The translations under genes were made by a program, and so were the position numbers. Below the pieces are notes generated by a model, which saw nothing but the letters and a program-made list of their open reading frames with translations, searched no databases and was not told where the DNA came from. A stretch of DNA of 64,000 bases from Eledone cirrhosa (Eukaryota), in contig OZ024740.1 in the NCBI GenBank assembly GCA_964016885.1, positions 64,108,001 through 64,172,000 on the forward strand. Reading direction: 5' to 3'. Positions 23,080-35,910 of this stretch are shown here, one piece after another; position 1 is the stretch's first letter, and every line of letters starts with the position of its first letter.

Positions 23080-25625
23080 ATGTCGATGCGCAGGCTATTG
23101 TTGTCTAGCTGCGTGCCAGTGGAGAAGGAGGGCAGGGCATGGAGTGGGGTTTGGAGGCCGCAACGAAACAGGCATGGCGGTGCTGGTCGAGCTGGCGCGT
23201 GAACCTATTTGAGTCCAGGCTGCACTGGATGGCATCCCAAGTGCTTTGGGGGGACTTGACGTCAGCAGGGGGATAAGGAGGAGGGACGTCTACTGGGCTA
23301 AGTCCCAGCCGGTCCCACGTCTCACAGGCGGCCTTACGTTCTCTGAACACAGAGGGTTCTATTGTGTTTTGAAGAACCCTGCTGACGAGGACGCAGCATA
23401 AGGTTACCGAAGAAAGAAACGCAGGCAAATCCAGTGAGATCGGGGAACGGATGTCAAGGCCGCTATGCCTGCAAGGTAAAGTGGCCTGTTGCCATCCAAT
23501 GTCGTCAAACTTGACGTTGCATATCTCCTCGGCTGCTGCTCGGATACAAGTATCGAGGTCAGCGAGGAGAGATGCGTGGGTATAGTACGGAGCGCTGTGA
23601 AGGGTATAGAGGAGCTTTGGCATAGCGAAGCAGTTCCTCAACAGAAAGAGAGCTGGGTGGCCATCGATCAAGCCCAGTCGGCTCGTGAGAGTCTGGAGTT
23701 GTTGAAGCCTGGACTTGATAGTGGAGCGGATGGCCGGCAGGTGGATCGGTGACCCGAGGAAGAGGACATCGTCTTTGGGGGTCACCTGTACCTGGTAGAG
23801 AATGGACCGCATGTCCGAGACGGAGGCTGCAAAGCTCTCAGCATCGTGGATGACATTCACCACCTCCGACTTGGTCAAGTTGACTTGGAGGCCGATTCCC
23901 GCCAGGGCAGGAACCACCGATTGAAGGTCATGGTAGACAGTCTGTACGGGCCCGCCCAACGTAGCATCATCCAGATACCAAACGTTGAGAGGGGCCGTGA
24001 TACTCCGGGCGATGTGGTCTATACCAAGGGCAAATAGCTAGGCAGCGGGTAGGCAGAGGGGGCTCCGTTGAGGCAGGCATCGAGCAGACCGTTCGGGCGT
24101 AATCAGTTAAAGGCATTCCTCATGTCAAGCTTGACAATGAGGTACCTGGAGACCCTGGATGGCGATTCCGGTGGGCAGCTGTTGAAGAACTTCCTGGTTG
24201 CATGTGCGGCCCCCTCACAGCCACCGGACACGCCGATACCCAGTTGCACCGGACTGGACTCCTCACCCAGTTCGGGTGTTATGGACCTGCAGACCACCTT
24301 GGCAACCAACCTCCGGAAGACATTGCTCACAGCGATGGGCCGTATGCCACCCTCTTTCTTTCTGAGAGCGGTGAGGCTAGTCGAAAAAAAGAGGCCTCGG
24401 GAGTGAGGGTCCAGGGCGCCATGGATGAGCCTATTGGTGAGTGCCACAATTGCACTCAGAAGGTGGTGTCCGGCCTCAACAGAGAGGGGGGACCTCCGCT
24501 GCTGCTAGCTGAGAATGACTTGATGGCGGACATGATGTCTACGTCGGAAGCCACAAGGAGCAAGTGTAGATCGGGTGGGGGTATGGGTTTGAGATCAGCG
24601 GGTGGCTCAGGGTGCTTGAGTCGCAGGGCAGCCAGGACCTTCTCAGTGTCCTCTGAGGAAATTATTCTGACTGCAGCCGAGACATCACCCATGATTAATT
24701 TGGCATTTACGCGGTCACGCAAGCGCTTGACGCTGGCCTCAGGGGTGGAGGATTGGGGGTACTCGAGGGTGGGTTGTGTGGCGTCTCTAGGCACGCTTGG
24801 AATGTGCGCTTGCTCAAAGGACGAAACATTGGCCTTAACGAAGGCTGCTATCGACCGGCCGCCCGGTCAGCGCAAGAGCTGGGGAGGCAGAGGGCGAGTG
24901 GGGCGAAATAAAAGAGTCGCTCCCAGTCACTGGCTCGATTGGAGTCCAGGGCGCTCTCAATCAAGGAAGCGAGGGCATCGCCTACCGGCACCCGGGCCGC
25001 TTTCGGGATCCTGAGTGGGATCTTCCGGAGCCGCCTGAGCCGAGAGATGTTGACCAGCGACGCTTGTGCGTCAGGAAAGCTCGCTGTCTCATCCGGTGGT
25101 GTGCCAGACGGCCGTGACTGGTCAGACAAGGGGAAGAGACAGTTCCTGCATCTCCACGCTGCGAGGGCACTGGAAGCCCGACGTGTTAAGCCAACACAGG
25201 TGAGGTGGTGGAAGCAGCCGCACCCCGAACAGTGCCGACCCCTCTTCCGTCTGTTCGTGGTGCTGCAAGTGCTGAAGGTGTCGGCTTGGGGGGATGGGGA
25301 TGGGGAGTGGGGCAGGGGATTGGGGCACCGAGCGGCATCAGGGGTGAGTGGCTGGCGTGTGTGGGTGGAAGGGAAAGTGCTGGTAAGAGTGCCTCGTAGC
25401 TCACCTACATCAGATATGGAGGCGTCAGAAAATAAGAGAGAAAAGAAGGGGGCGCATGGAGGAGGCGCATGGAGGGGGACACACAAGAAGGTAGGATGTT
25501 AGCAAATGAATGAATGAATGGATGAATGTACAACCCCCTCCCCCCCAAAACCCCCAAAGGGTGGGGAGAGAAAACAGGGTGTTGTTCCCAGCGGAAAGAC
25601 CCAGAGTTCAGCACGCACACATGCG
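23080..25625 (-). mobile_element. CRE-clade non-LTR retrotransposon, GC-rich, frameshifted, 3'-truncated before the RLE; N-terminal PHD-like finger
   Basis: RIPKAARVPV...W; LRLKHP; GGIRPIAVSNVFRRLVAKVVC; QLGIGVSGGCEG; KLDMRNAFN; NVWYLDDATLGGP (~23950-23985); GLQVNLTKSEV; FLGSPI; WQQATLP. Confidence 0.85.
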
Positions 25626-25689
25626 AGCATGTTAGCAGTTTCTCATAGGACCTTATGGCTGAAGGTGAGTCATTGAATCACGAAGGATC

Positions 25690-27560
25690 ATGCACAACCA
25701 TCTAGGCACGTCCTCTTTGTGTTGAACCCTGTCTCATTGATTCCTAAATATTTGTATGTCTGTGTTTGAGCTAATTCTGTGTTGTTTTTATCGAATGTGA
25801 TAGTGTTTTTCATTAGTTTTTCTCCCTTCAGGATTGCCTTGGTACATTTTTCCAGTCCAAATTCTATGTCTATTTCTTTTGTGAATCATTATGCTATCAG
25901 CATTAGTTGCATCTCGTCTACAGCATTCAAGATTAGACTGTCAATATACAGATATTATCTTGTTACATTTATATCCAAATCCAGTTCTGTTTAGTATCTC
26001 AGATAAAGTTGTCTATTCGAAGCAGAAAAGAAGTGCTGATAGGCAGTCCCCCTGAAACATCATTCCGTTAATTGGGATCAGCTCAGCTTTTATAAATCCA
26101 TCTTTCTTCTGTACCTACAGAACTGCTTGCCACATACTCATGGCCTGGCTGATGAATGACTTTATTGTTTGTGCTACTTTATTCATGGCTAGTTGAGATT
26201 CTTTTTTTTTTCTGCAGTTTTCTGTTCATTAGCAATTGATCTTTTCAGTCATATGAGCTTTTGCAGCATCTTTCTCAACTCCTGCAAACATTTTTTTCCC
26301 CATTTACTGCGAAAATATTGCAGTTATGGTCTTGTAGATTGGAAGAAGGCATGTTATGGGCTCGTACACTTAGGGGGTTTGCAGAGCCATTATGGAAACG
26401 CTAATGTTGAAGTACTTGAACGGGCGGAGGTCACCAGCATCGATGCCATACTGTTGAAGTCCCATCTATGCTGGACAGGGCACGTCTCCAGCATGAAGGA
26501 TCATCGCCTGCTCAGGATCACGCTGTTTGATGGCCATCTTCACTGGCCATCGTAACATGAGCCACCAAGGAAGCGATACAAAGACTGAAAAAATCCTTTG
26601 GTGCTTGTCTTATCGACCATCGCCGGTGGTCTACCCTAGCTGAGAACCGTGACGCCTGGCGTCTCACCACCAACCATGCTGTCTCCTCCTTCGAAAACAC
26701 TTGCAGGGGAAGAACCACAACACCAAATCATCAAACCCTGACCGCATTAGCCTGAACAGCTACAAGCGTGCCTGCAGCCAACGTGGACAACTCACTTCAT
26801 AATCCTCGTTCGCGAAGCCAAGCCTTGATATAATATGATAATATTCTTGAGGATACCGTTGGTTTCTCCTTTAGTAAAAGAATCAAGTGTGATTTTTTAC
26901 TCCATCATTTTCAAATTAGATTTTTCTGCAAGAGCGCTATATGTCTCTGTTAAATATTTCAATCATAAATTTGTCATGTACCGGTGTTTTCCAGCTGCTT
27001 GATGTCTTAAATGTGTTACATTTCTCTGTTGTGATGTCTTCCCACAGTTGTCCAGATGCTGTGGTTGTTTTTCTAATTAATTTCGTGAGTGGTGATTCTC
27101 ATGCTGCTCACAATCCTCTTTATTCTTCACATGTCCATGTTTGTTTGGGTTTTTCTCTTCTTGTTTATGTAGATCTACCCACTTTCTTTTGTAGCAACAG
27201 TCGCTATTGCGTATTCCCTTATTATGTAGCCTTATGATACTAATGTTTCTGTTTGTGTTAATTAAGTCTATAGAATTGTTTATAATTCTTGCCATTTTAT
27301 TACGGATCTTTATCTTTGTGAGTTGTATTCTTTAATCCAGAGTAAGCTCTATTGTTTTGAGTTCTTGGATTATTTCCTTTTTCATTCTATTTTGGTGCTG
27401 AATTCCGTCTTTAGAATTTATTTTCCTCACATCTTCCTAATCATATTTTCTTTCATTTGTATTTTCGGTTGTGTCGTCATGAATCGGTTTTCGATGGTCA
27501 GCATTTTGTATGTCTCTTAACGCATGGTTTTGTTGCATTTTGATGTTTACTTTATCTATT
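25690..27560 (-). pseudogene. old decayed R4/Dong-like RT relic of a different family, interrupted by an RTE fragment
   Basis: Minus frames at ~25850-26100 give FQGDCLSALLFC...LSEILNRTGFGYK...FTKEIDIEFGLE. The upstream part is A-rich coding-like sequence with many stops. Confidence 0.6.
26390..26845 (+). mobile_element. RTE-clade LINE 3' fragment
   Basis: NVEVLERAEVTSIDAILLKSHLCWTGHVSSMKDHRL; ends aatcctcgttcgcgaagccaagcc followed by a tgata-type tail. Confidence 0.8.
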
Positions 27561-27989
27561 TTGGATATGTTGGTGCTATATTCAAGGTTTTAATTCTCAA
27601 TAATTTTATATTCATTAGTTGTTTTATGTTTTTGTAGCTTATTCGTTCTTTTAGATGTTTTAATTCAATTTCTCATATTTTTTCTATTTTAGTATGTGTC
27701 TTCTTAGATTATGTTTTTTGTTGGAATCGAGACTGAGAATAGAATGTGGATTATATTTCTTTATATGTGTCTATCGTTGTATTTTCATTTTAGGATACAG
27801 TGTTGCCATAGATTATGAATATATAATTATAATTATTATTATTTGAAGCTTCCTTTGAATTCTGATTCTTTCCCAAATCTTGACAAGTGTCAACATAAAA
27901 CCCGAGGCAAAATTTGGCACAATCAATTGTCATACAAAAGAGGCCATAAAGGCATAAACAAAATTAAACGTCTTTGCAAAGTATTTAAA

Positions 27990-28560
27990 TTGATAATTCC
28001 CTTCCCAGGACATAGGCAATGCCAGTCAGCACTATTTTCTTTATCTCTTGTAGAGATGGTTTTCCAGGTATCTGGTCCAAATATGTTTCAGTTCCCTTTG
28101 TTATCATTCCAAGTGCACCGAATATCACTGACAGATCTTTATATTTACTGACCCTTCAGAACTCTTTCAATGCGATGTTACGATTTGATGAATGCTCATG
28201 TCAATCAAGAAGCATGTTTTCTCTTTATGGCTCTTCACAAGTATATCAGGTATGTTGGCCTTGATTGTTCCGTCAGTGTTCATAAGGAAATCCTATAGGA
28301 TTGTCACATTCTCGTCTTCTGTTACTGCATCTGGGTGACGGCTATACCATTTCCCTCGGACAGATGTGTTGAACACGTACGTTGAATCCGTCATCTACCT
28401 ACTACCGTCGTGCCTTGTTCACATCTGACAGCACTGGAAAGTTTACTCATTCGTTTTTGCTAATGGACAGGAATTTTATTTACTGCCAACATGCGCTGCA
28501 TGAAGGTCTGGGTATGCCGTGGCTGATGATGCATAAACATGCGCTGAGGCTACATTTTGT
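27990..28560 (-). pseudogene. decayed R4/Dong-like RLE domain relic
   Basis: KWYSRHPDAVTEDENVTIL*DF...TDGTIKANIPDILVKSHKEKTCFLIDMS; later GALGMI...ETYLDQIPGKPSLQEIKKIVLTG. Confidence 0.7.
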
Positions 28561-28859
28561 CCAGCCTTTCCTTGACGGTCAGCAGGTTTGCTAGAAGCGT
28601 GTTTCCACAGCTCGTTTCCTTAAATGATCTGAAAACCTGGTTTAAGTGAAGAGCGAAAGAGAGCAGCTGGAAACTAGAATGTCTTCCAGCATACATAGCT
28701 CTTTTCTAATTAGGAAGTACGACCGGTAGAAACTCCACCCTGGCGTTCTATATAAGCGGGTAAAAACGTCGATGTTTTTGGGGTCACACTGAGCGTTGAC
28801 GAAAATAAACTAGCCACTCTTTTTAGAAGAACTTTCGGTCGAGGACCCATCAATAACTT

Positions 28860-29470
28860 CCAGAAGTCCCTAGTCTGGAAGTGCTTCTGGAGAACATTGC
28901 CAGTTTGAGAAAAACTCTATAGGCATGGAATCGATGTCAGCTGCCCCTTTCCGAGATGTACACAGGGCAACCAAACTATCCTTGACGTAGTCGTCCAGTG
29001 TCCAATTATTTCTAACTTGTGGGTTTATGTTCATCTCCTGCTATCAGGAGTATGGCAGATTCAGCTATCTGCGGAGTCTGCCGTGAAGATTGTCTCATCG
29101 GCTTCCTTTAGCAAAGAAGAGCAGGTAGTTTTTATCTGCCTGGTGACCATGGCAAAAGTAGTGGACACGTTTGAAAGTGTTAAAGACAAGCATCACCCTC
29201 TTCAGTGATTAGGTTTTTCAGACTTAACTTGAAGAGGAAAATCAGGGTGGAGAGAAACCCAACTTGTTGGGAGGCGGGTGAGAGAGGCGAGACTGTCCCG
29301 TTTGAATGGGCCTACTCTGTTTCCGCGCCTATAGATTGGAAGAGAACAACTAGCTGGGTCTTTAGTCATCATCGTTAGGTTGACCTGGTAGGCTTCCTTT
29401 ATGATTGACTATCGGTAGACTACCCTCTTTAAGGGAATTTTCTTTTTGAATTTTAACGTGTTTCTCGTGT
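28860..29470 (+). pseudogene. decayed Tx1-like ORF2 C-terminus (zf-RVT region) and 3'UTR
   Basis: SLVWKCFWRTLPV*EKLYRHG...PRCTQGNQTILDVVVQCP, homologous to 53262-53447. Confidence 0.7.
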
Positions 29471-29844
29471 TCTGTTATCACAAGTTTTATACGAAAACCC
29501 CCACTGTGTACCACCTTTGCAACCAATCCAGTTTCACTCTAAACATATAGCAAACGCAGTCACTTTTTTGCGTAAAACAGAAAATGTTTTCCCAAACCCT
29601 CAGATGCGACATCTCTTCATCTCACTTATCTTTTGAAAATTCTCCAAACGTGGAACCGGTAAAGTTTTGAATAAATATTCTTAAAGACTCCAGTTGCCTT
29701 TTAAACTTCTTTTTCTTAAATCTTTATTCGTGCGGGCTATAAAAAAACACATCCTTTCTCATACATACACACACTGAAATATATGCATACATGATGATTT
29801 CTCCCGAATGAAATACTTCTAGTCCTGTAGAAACTATTTCTATA

Positions 29845-30101
29845 TATATATATGTACGTATGGGTTTACCGATATGCAAATTAGGCTGCTCAGCCGTTAA
29901 TATGCATAAGGAAAGTATATACTTTCAAACGTTCAATCATCTGACAGGAAGGTATACGATGCTGACGATAGCTAATAAGCTTGAAACTAGTTCATCGTTC
30001 TTTTGTCAGTGTTGAACAAAATGGCATAATTCGGGCTGTTTGTTTACAAACAAACCGAACATTATAATAAATGTTCGGTAAACCCATACGTACATATATA
30101 T
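29845..30101. mobile_element. small element with ~27-bp terminal inverted repeats enclosing a hammerhead
   Basis: atatatgtacgtatgggtttaccga ... tcggtaaacccatacgtacatatat. Confidence 0.75.
29956..29998 (+). ncRNA. minimal type I hammerhead ribozyme
   Basis: acgatg CTGACGA t agct aata agct t GAAA ctag TT catcgt. Stem I is a perfect 6 bp and stem III is palindromic (actagt). Confidence 0.8.
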
Positions 30102-30233
30102 ATGTGTGCATGTATGTATATATATACATATTACTGTACGTCTGTATACATATATGTATGTACGTATACATACTTATATTTAAGTAACAGCCGTACTAAG
30201 AGTGAGAAATGAAGTTTCATTTCATTCTTTTCC

Positions 30234-30300
<67 letters not shown>

Positions 30301-30304
<4 letters not shown>

Positions 30305-30503
30305 AACGAGTAGGATCCCGACGGCTGAGCTCAAGTCGTTTCGACGGCTAATTCTGGGCTAGATTTTAGTCCAGAATTAGCCGTCGAAACGGCTTGAGCT
30401 CAGCCGTCGGGTCCTACTCGTTCCTATTACCCACACTACTACCCTAAGTATTGAGTACTTTGGTGCGTTATGGTCCACCTGGTTCCTTACCACATTTCCT
30501 TCG

Positions 30504-30506
<3 letters not shown>
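30301..30506. repeat. second copy (opposite orientation) of the 21536 fold-back family
   Basis: Same arms with a different spacer. (TA)n flanks both sides. Confidence 0.85.
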
Positions 30507-30541
<35 letters not shown>

Positions 30542-32109
30542 TTGTGTGCGTGTGTGTAGACGAAAGGGTTCTACTAAGGTTTATATATATATATATAATT
30601 ATATGGAAGATGATGAAATACAGATTTATAAGTATTGGTTTTCTCTGAGGATGAACAAGATCCTTTATTTTTTTAAGAAAAGGGAGGGGATGATGATTTG
30701 TAACATCTTGCATTCTTACTGAAATTTTAGGCGTAATTGAAGGGAAATAGTTTGAATTTAAACATGCAACTAATCTGTGTTCCATTTCACATGATGTTTA
30801 TCTCTAGTTCTGTCGTTACATTACACGTTCATTAATAATTATTGGTTTCTTTTAATCTAGACATAGGAAACGCATAGTTTTGAATTTAAATTATATTTCT
30901 CTCCTCCTGGGATTTGACTTGAATAGTTTCAATCGGCTATAAACGAAAATAACACCAGGAAAATTAAGAAAAGAACTAACAAAAAAAGTATTTTGATAAA
31001 AAGAAGTTTTGTGATAAACTTTATTAAAAGCAAGTCATAAATTCAGATCTTTTCAAGTAACTATAAATTCCGCCTACACATGTTCGTCACATTCATATAA
31101 GAAAGAGATCAATAATTGCTACTTCAGTTTAGATAAAGTACGCCGTATTTCTGTGTCTCAAAGAAATGACTAAAACAGTTGGTATCAGGAAGGGCATCCA
31201 ACCGTAAACAATTGTCGTAAAAAAGACTCCATAAGTGTCTCAGGGCTAACCTTTGCTCTAGTAGGGAAAATAGCTGCAAATTGCTTGAAGAAGAGTCGTA
31301 AAGATGGCTGCCTTACTAGCTCGGTACATTCTATAAGTTCAAATTCCACTGGTACAGTTCACGATTTTTTTTATTCCTATGATAATCGATTTATAGCAAT
31401 TCAATTGACTATTTAAATTATTTCAATCGACATTTACACTTTACTAAAAAATGTGGCTTTGTACCGAGTAAAAAAATGAATATCTATTTTGTAATATCGT
31501 TAGCGAAACCACAGCCAGTAGAATATCGATTTTAGTGTATAACAGCAGCATGTAGACAGTTTAGTCTCTTTCATCAATGTATATTTATTATAATTAGTAA
31601 TGGAAACACTTTCATCCATTAATTTATTTTTATTAATTTAGTCTAGTGTTTACCCAGTATACGCCCAACTTCACACATACTCAAGAAAAGCAAACATTTA
31701 AAAATACCAGACATCGTGGATAAAGCAAATATGGACTTATCTTACTTAATGTAAATTTGTATATTAATATTGATGTAGTATCAATCAATGCTTTTATCGA
31801 AGTTTAACGTAAAGAAGAAAACAACATTTATTTTATAATATATTTATTATCATTCATAGTCTAATTTCGTATATAAATGTATCTATATCGTTAAATAGAT
31901 TTAACTTTATATACATAATAATGGAAGGCGTCAGACATTAGAGAAATTTTGTAGTTATTTCTGAAGCGAGGAAGCATTGACCTGGTGATTAAAACAAACC
32001 AAAGATATTAAGAACTAAACATTATTAGAAAAATGATGATGTAAATATTGTGCTCAAAGTTCCAAAGAATGCATGCTCTCATTCAGTTCTAAATCTTGTA
32101 CTGATATTC

Positions 32110-32189
32110 TCTCTCTAAACACACACACACACACACATACACACATACACACAGACACGCGCGCGCGCGCGCACACACACACACACACG

Positions 32190-32222
<33 letters not shown>

Positions 32223-32265
32223 TCACGCACACACACACACACACGCATACCACATACATACACAC
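32110..32265. repeat. (CA)n/(CG)n microsatellite
   Basis: Read directly from the sequence. Confidence 0.95.
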
Positions 32266-32827
32266 TCATACTGACCACACACTTATATGGATCAGAATCT
32301 TGGTCTCCATACAGGTCACACATCAACCAACTAGACATCTGATAGACTAGATATTTGATAAAGGTTGTCTTCGGGCAATCTGTGGGTACACACTCGAAGA
32401 CAAAAATATCTAATGCTGACCTTTTCACTAAGTGAAAAGTTGGAAGCATTGAGACCTTTCCTTCAAAGCCGGCCATTTATCACTCGTATACAGGAAACTG
32501 ACTGGCCAGTCTGCTGATATGCAAATCTGGCTGATCAGTGGATCTGCTAATATACAGATCTGACTGATTAGCTAGTCTGCTAATATGCAAATAAGGCCGA
32601 TCAGTCACTGTGTATTTTTGAAAATAACATATATTTTCACTAGCTCTGACAGGTTGGCAGATGAACAGTGAGCTGTACTGATGAAGGGTAATACCCAGAA
32701 ACATTAGTGTCTGCAGCTCTGTTCACATGCCAACACAAAAGGAAGAATGAAGGGTTCATTCTACTGACATGGCTATAAAATTGAGGCTTGTTTGCATAAT
32801 TGCAAACGAATCGAATGTTATTATAAT

Positions 32828-33000
32828 GGCAGTATCGGTAGAGGGTCGGACGCCAAGCATAGAGTTAAGGCCCTTGCCATTCTGAGTTAAAATCCCACCG
32901 AGGTTAACTTTGCCTTTCATCCTTACGGGGTCGATTAAATAAAGTACCAGTAATTCACTGGGATAATTGTTGGCCTTGTGCCAAATGTAGAAACAATTAT
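32828..33000 (+). mobile_element. tRNA-derived SINE (35560 family)
   Basis: Near-identical to 35572-35750. Confidence 0.85.
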
Positions 33001-33076
33001 TAATGTTCGAAAAACTCAGATTACATTTATTGCATTCAGCCATGTAGAGCGAAAACTTTCTTTTTTATATATATAT

Positions 33077-33130
<54 letters not shown>

Positions 33131-33134
33131 ATGC

Positions 33135-33166
<32 letters not shown>

Positions 33167-33167
33167 G

Positions 33168-33239
<72 letters not shown>

Positions 33240-35159
33240 AATATAAATATAAATGAATGAGAATCGTATTTCGGCTATTGGAAATTAGCGAAAAACAACT
33301 TCCAAGATGTGTCGCAAGCGCTCCATAGAAGCTAGTGAACTAGAGCAACAACATAAGTTAAAAGACCAAACACATCTGCACAGCCACAGAAACGACCAAG
33401 TAATTCGGGTCAAACAAATAAAATATGCATCGCATTAATATCAAAACTGGAATAAAGACAAAGAATGGAGTGTGTCAACCACACGATAACCATATCTACA
33501 GTTGTAATCTAAATAAAATTACCATTTAGCGTAAAATATAATTGAACAAAAAAAAAAAAAATTATATATATATATAGAGAGAAATTAATCATAGATCACA
33601 ACATATCTGCTGCTCAAGCGTGTGTCTTATTTATATATTTTATTCAGTTTAATTCCCGTCTTCCATCCTCTACAACCTTAGTTGCTGTTATATTCCACGT
33701 CACATCACTAATTTCAGGCCGTCAACCAATCGGAAACTCGTGTTCTCTACTGCGGTCATTGCATGTCAACTTTTCTCGATGCTGTTGCCGTACGATTTGC
33801 GTAGCATTTCTTTTCAGCAAAATCCTTTTGAAGTGAGAATAGAGAAAGTATATCGCAGTTTACGATAAGAAAATATTACAAATATCAAATTCAATCATCT
33901 CGAAAACGAATAAGCATCTACACAAAAGGAAATCGATTCATCTGCGTATGAAACACCAGTTACAGCCCACCCGGCTATCATGCTGATCAAATCATATGGA
34001 TAAATATACTGTCAGACATATCTATTTTTACCTCAATCCTTACACTAACAGCCATCCATCTTTCATACATAAATATTTTTGTATACCTTCCTTATAAAGA
34101 AGCTACAGAGCAGAAAAACTAATAAAAAAAATAGTACACCCCTCACACACACACACAAAAACAAAACAAAAGACCAACGGCTACGATTTTGATTGAAAAG
34201 TTCCATAGTGATTGAGTAGTTATAAATCTAAAGACTCTGAAGATCATTTCCGAAAACTTTATCGCTTTAGCGTATATTCGTGATTGGACTTCCTATCCGA
34301 GGAAAGTACTGAGAGCTACAATAACACAAACATCTCTTTCATTTACATTCGACATCAATGAATTCTTAAATGTCACATCGATGTCAGTAACATCTCAAAA
34401 TATTTTTTCTTCACCCTGAAAGAAAAATAAATAAAAAATAACAGCTTGAATTCGATATATTTTTACGCAATGTTATCCTTTGACTGATTTTGCGACAAAC
34501 AAGATAGAGAGCGCATGAAATAACTGTCTACTTATCAAATCATAATTAATAAAATTTGACACCGAAGGAAAGCATGATATCGTTTCACTTTAGTACTTTG
34601 TTTTGCCAACCATTCTTTTTCAATCGATGAAAATAGATTTTTCAGAGAAATACGCATATCTAAGATCCGCTGCATTGTTGTTTTACAGCATTTGTTATAT
34701 ACAATTTACTACAAGTAAAACATCGAAGAAAATGTCATGCGGCAATTACTTGCTTACGTTTGCATTTTGAAGTTAAAATTGCATAGAGATTGAGTGTGGT
34801 ATTCAACTTTCGCCGGTTTTAAATAAGAACTTACGATCTATTTTATCGACTGTTGTTCTCACAAAGTGGGGCCGTATGACCTAAGTTAGGAAACTTTAAT
34901 GGCAAAAACGGCAGAGTGAGGGTTTGAATATCTCATGATATTTACTTACATTCTACATTATAAGTTGAAACCGAATCGTGTTCTACAACGATCTATTACT
35001 TCAACGTGTGTATAACCACTTACACGTCATTGTAAGTTTTATCTATCGTGTAGTAGATGTAATCAAAGAATCATTCGTATTTACGAAGCGTCGAGCAGAT
35101 TATAGATTTTTAATATATGCTGGGTTAAAATAAGCTGTTTCAGTAGAAAGTAATTTGTC

Positions 35160-35286
35160 AGCCCTCCCTCGGTGTAATGGTAGCCCAGTCATCCAGCTTA
35201 CAGCAGATGTGAGTTCGAATCCCATATGCGATGCTGTCTGCTTTTTCCCGTATGTAGGGTCTTTTATGACCAGCTTGTTCGACTAT

Positions 35287-35290
<4 letters not shown>
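35160..35290 (+). mobile_element. tRNA-like SINE head
   Basis: A-box cggtgtaatggtagc and B-box gagttcgaatcc; no intact cloverleaf. Confidence 0.45.
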
Positions 35291-35331
<41 letters not shown>

Positions 35332-35374
35332 ATGATATTAATAAATAGAAACAATATTTATAAAACCATATTTA

Positions 35375-35429
35375 TTTTATTATATATATTTCAAGGCTAC
35401 AAAATTTGGTACGCTCTCATCAGATAAAA
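35375..35429 (-). ncRNA. type I hammerhead ribozyme (family shared with 41250)
   Basis: Minus strand: ttttat CTGATGA gag...ctt GAAA tatata TA ataaaa. Stem I is a perfect 6 bp. Confidence 0.7.
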
Positions 35430-35559
35430 TACAAAATTTGCTTTATAAATGGTAACATACCTAAGAAACCAGACCTTATCAGTTCAGGTTCAGTTTGGAT
35501 AGTAAAAGAAACATTTTAAATCGTAAGGCTGAAAAAAGATCATTATATTTAGACGCTAG

Positions 35560-35749
35560 ATGGCCAGTGGATTGGCAGTATCGGTAGAGGGTCGGACGCC
35601 ATGCTTTGACGCATAGAGTTACGGCCCTTGCCATTCTGAGTTCAAATCCCGCCGAGGTTAACTTTGCCTTTCATCCTTATGGGGTCGATAAAATAAAGTA
35701 CCAGTAATACACTGGGTAATTGCTGGCCTTGTGCCAAAAGTAGAAACAG
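35560..35749 (+). mobile_element. full-length tRNA-derived SINE with 17-bp target-site duplication
   Basis: A-box tggcagtatcggt, B-box gagttcaaatcc. The TSD ttatatttagacgctag occurs at 35543-35559 and 35750-35766. Confidence 0.9.
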
Positions 35750-35807
35750 TTATATTTAGACGCTAGGTAAATTTAAATAATGATTAGGATAATTTATAAG
35801 GGGAGAA

Positions 35808-35910
35808 GGAAAAAGAAAAAAAGAAAAAAGAAAAAGAGAAAAAGAAAAAAGGAAAAAGAAAAAAGAAAAAAGAAAAAAGAAAAAAGAAAAAAAGAAAAAA
35901 GAAAAAGAAA
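35808..35910. repeat. (GAAAAAA)n repeat
   Basis: Read directly from the sequence. Confidence 0.9.

Noticed and set aside
24202-25502. Plus-strand ORFs of 270 and 187 aa
   Set aside because: They are antisense to the GC-rich CRE element and have no independent motifs.
35160-35235. Possible tRNA gene
   Set aside because: A and B boxes are present, but the acceptor and anticodon stems do not pair; better explained as a SINE head.
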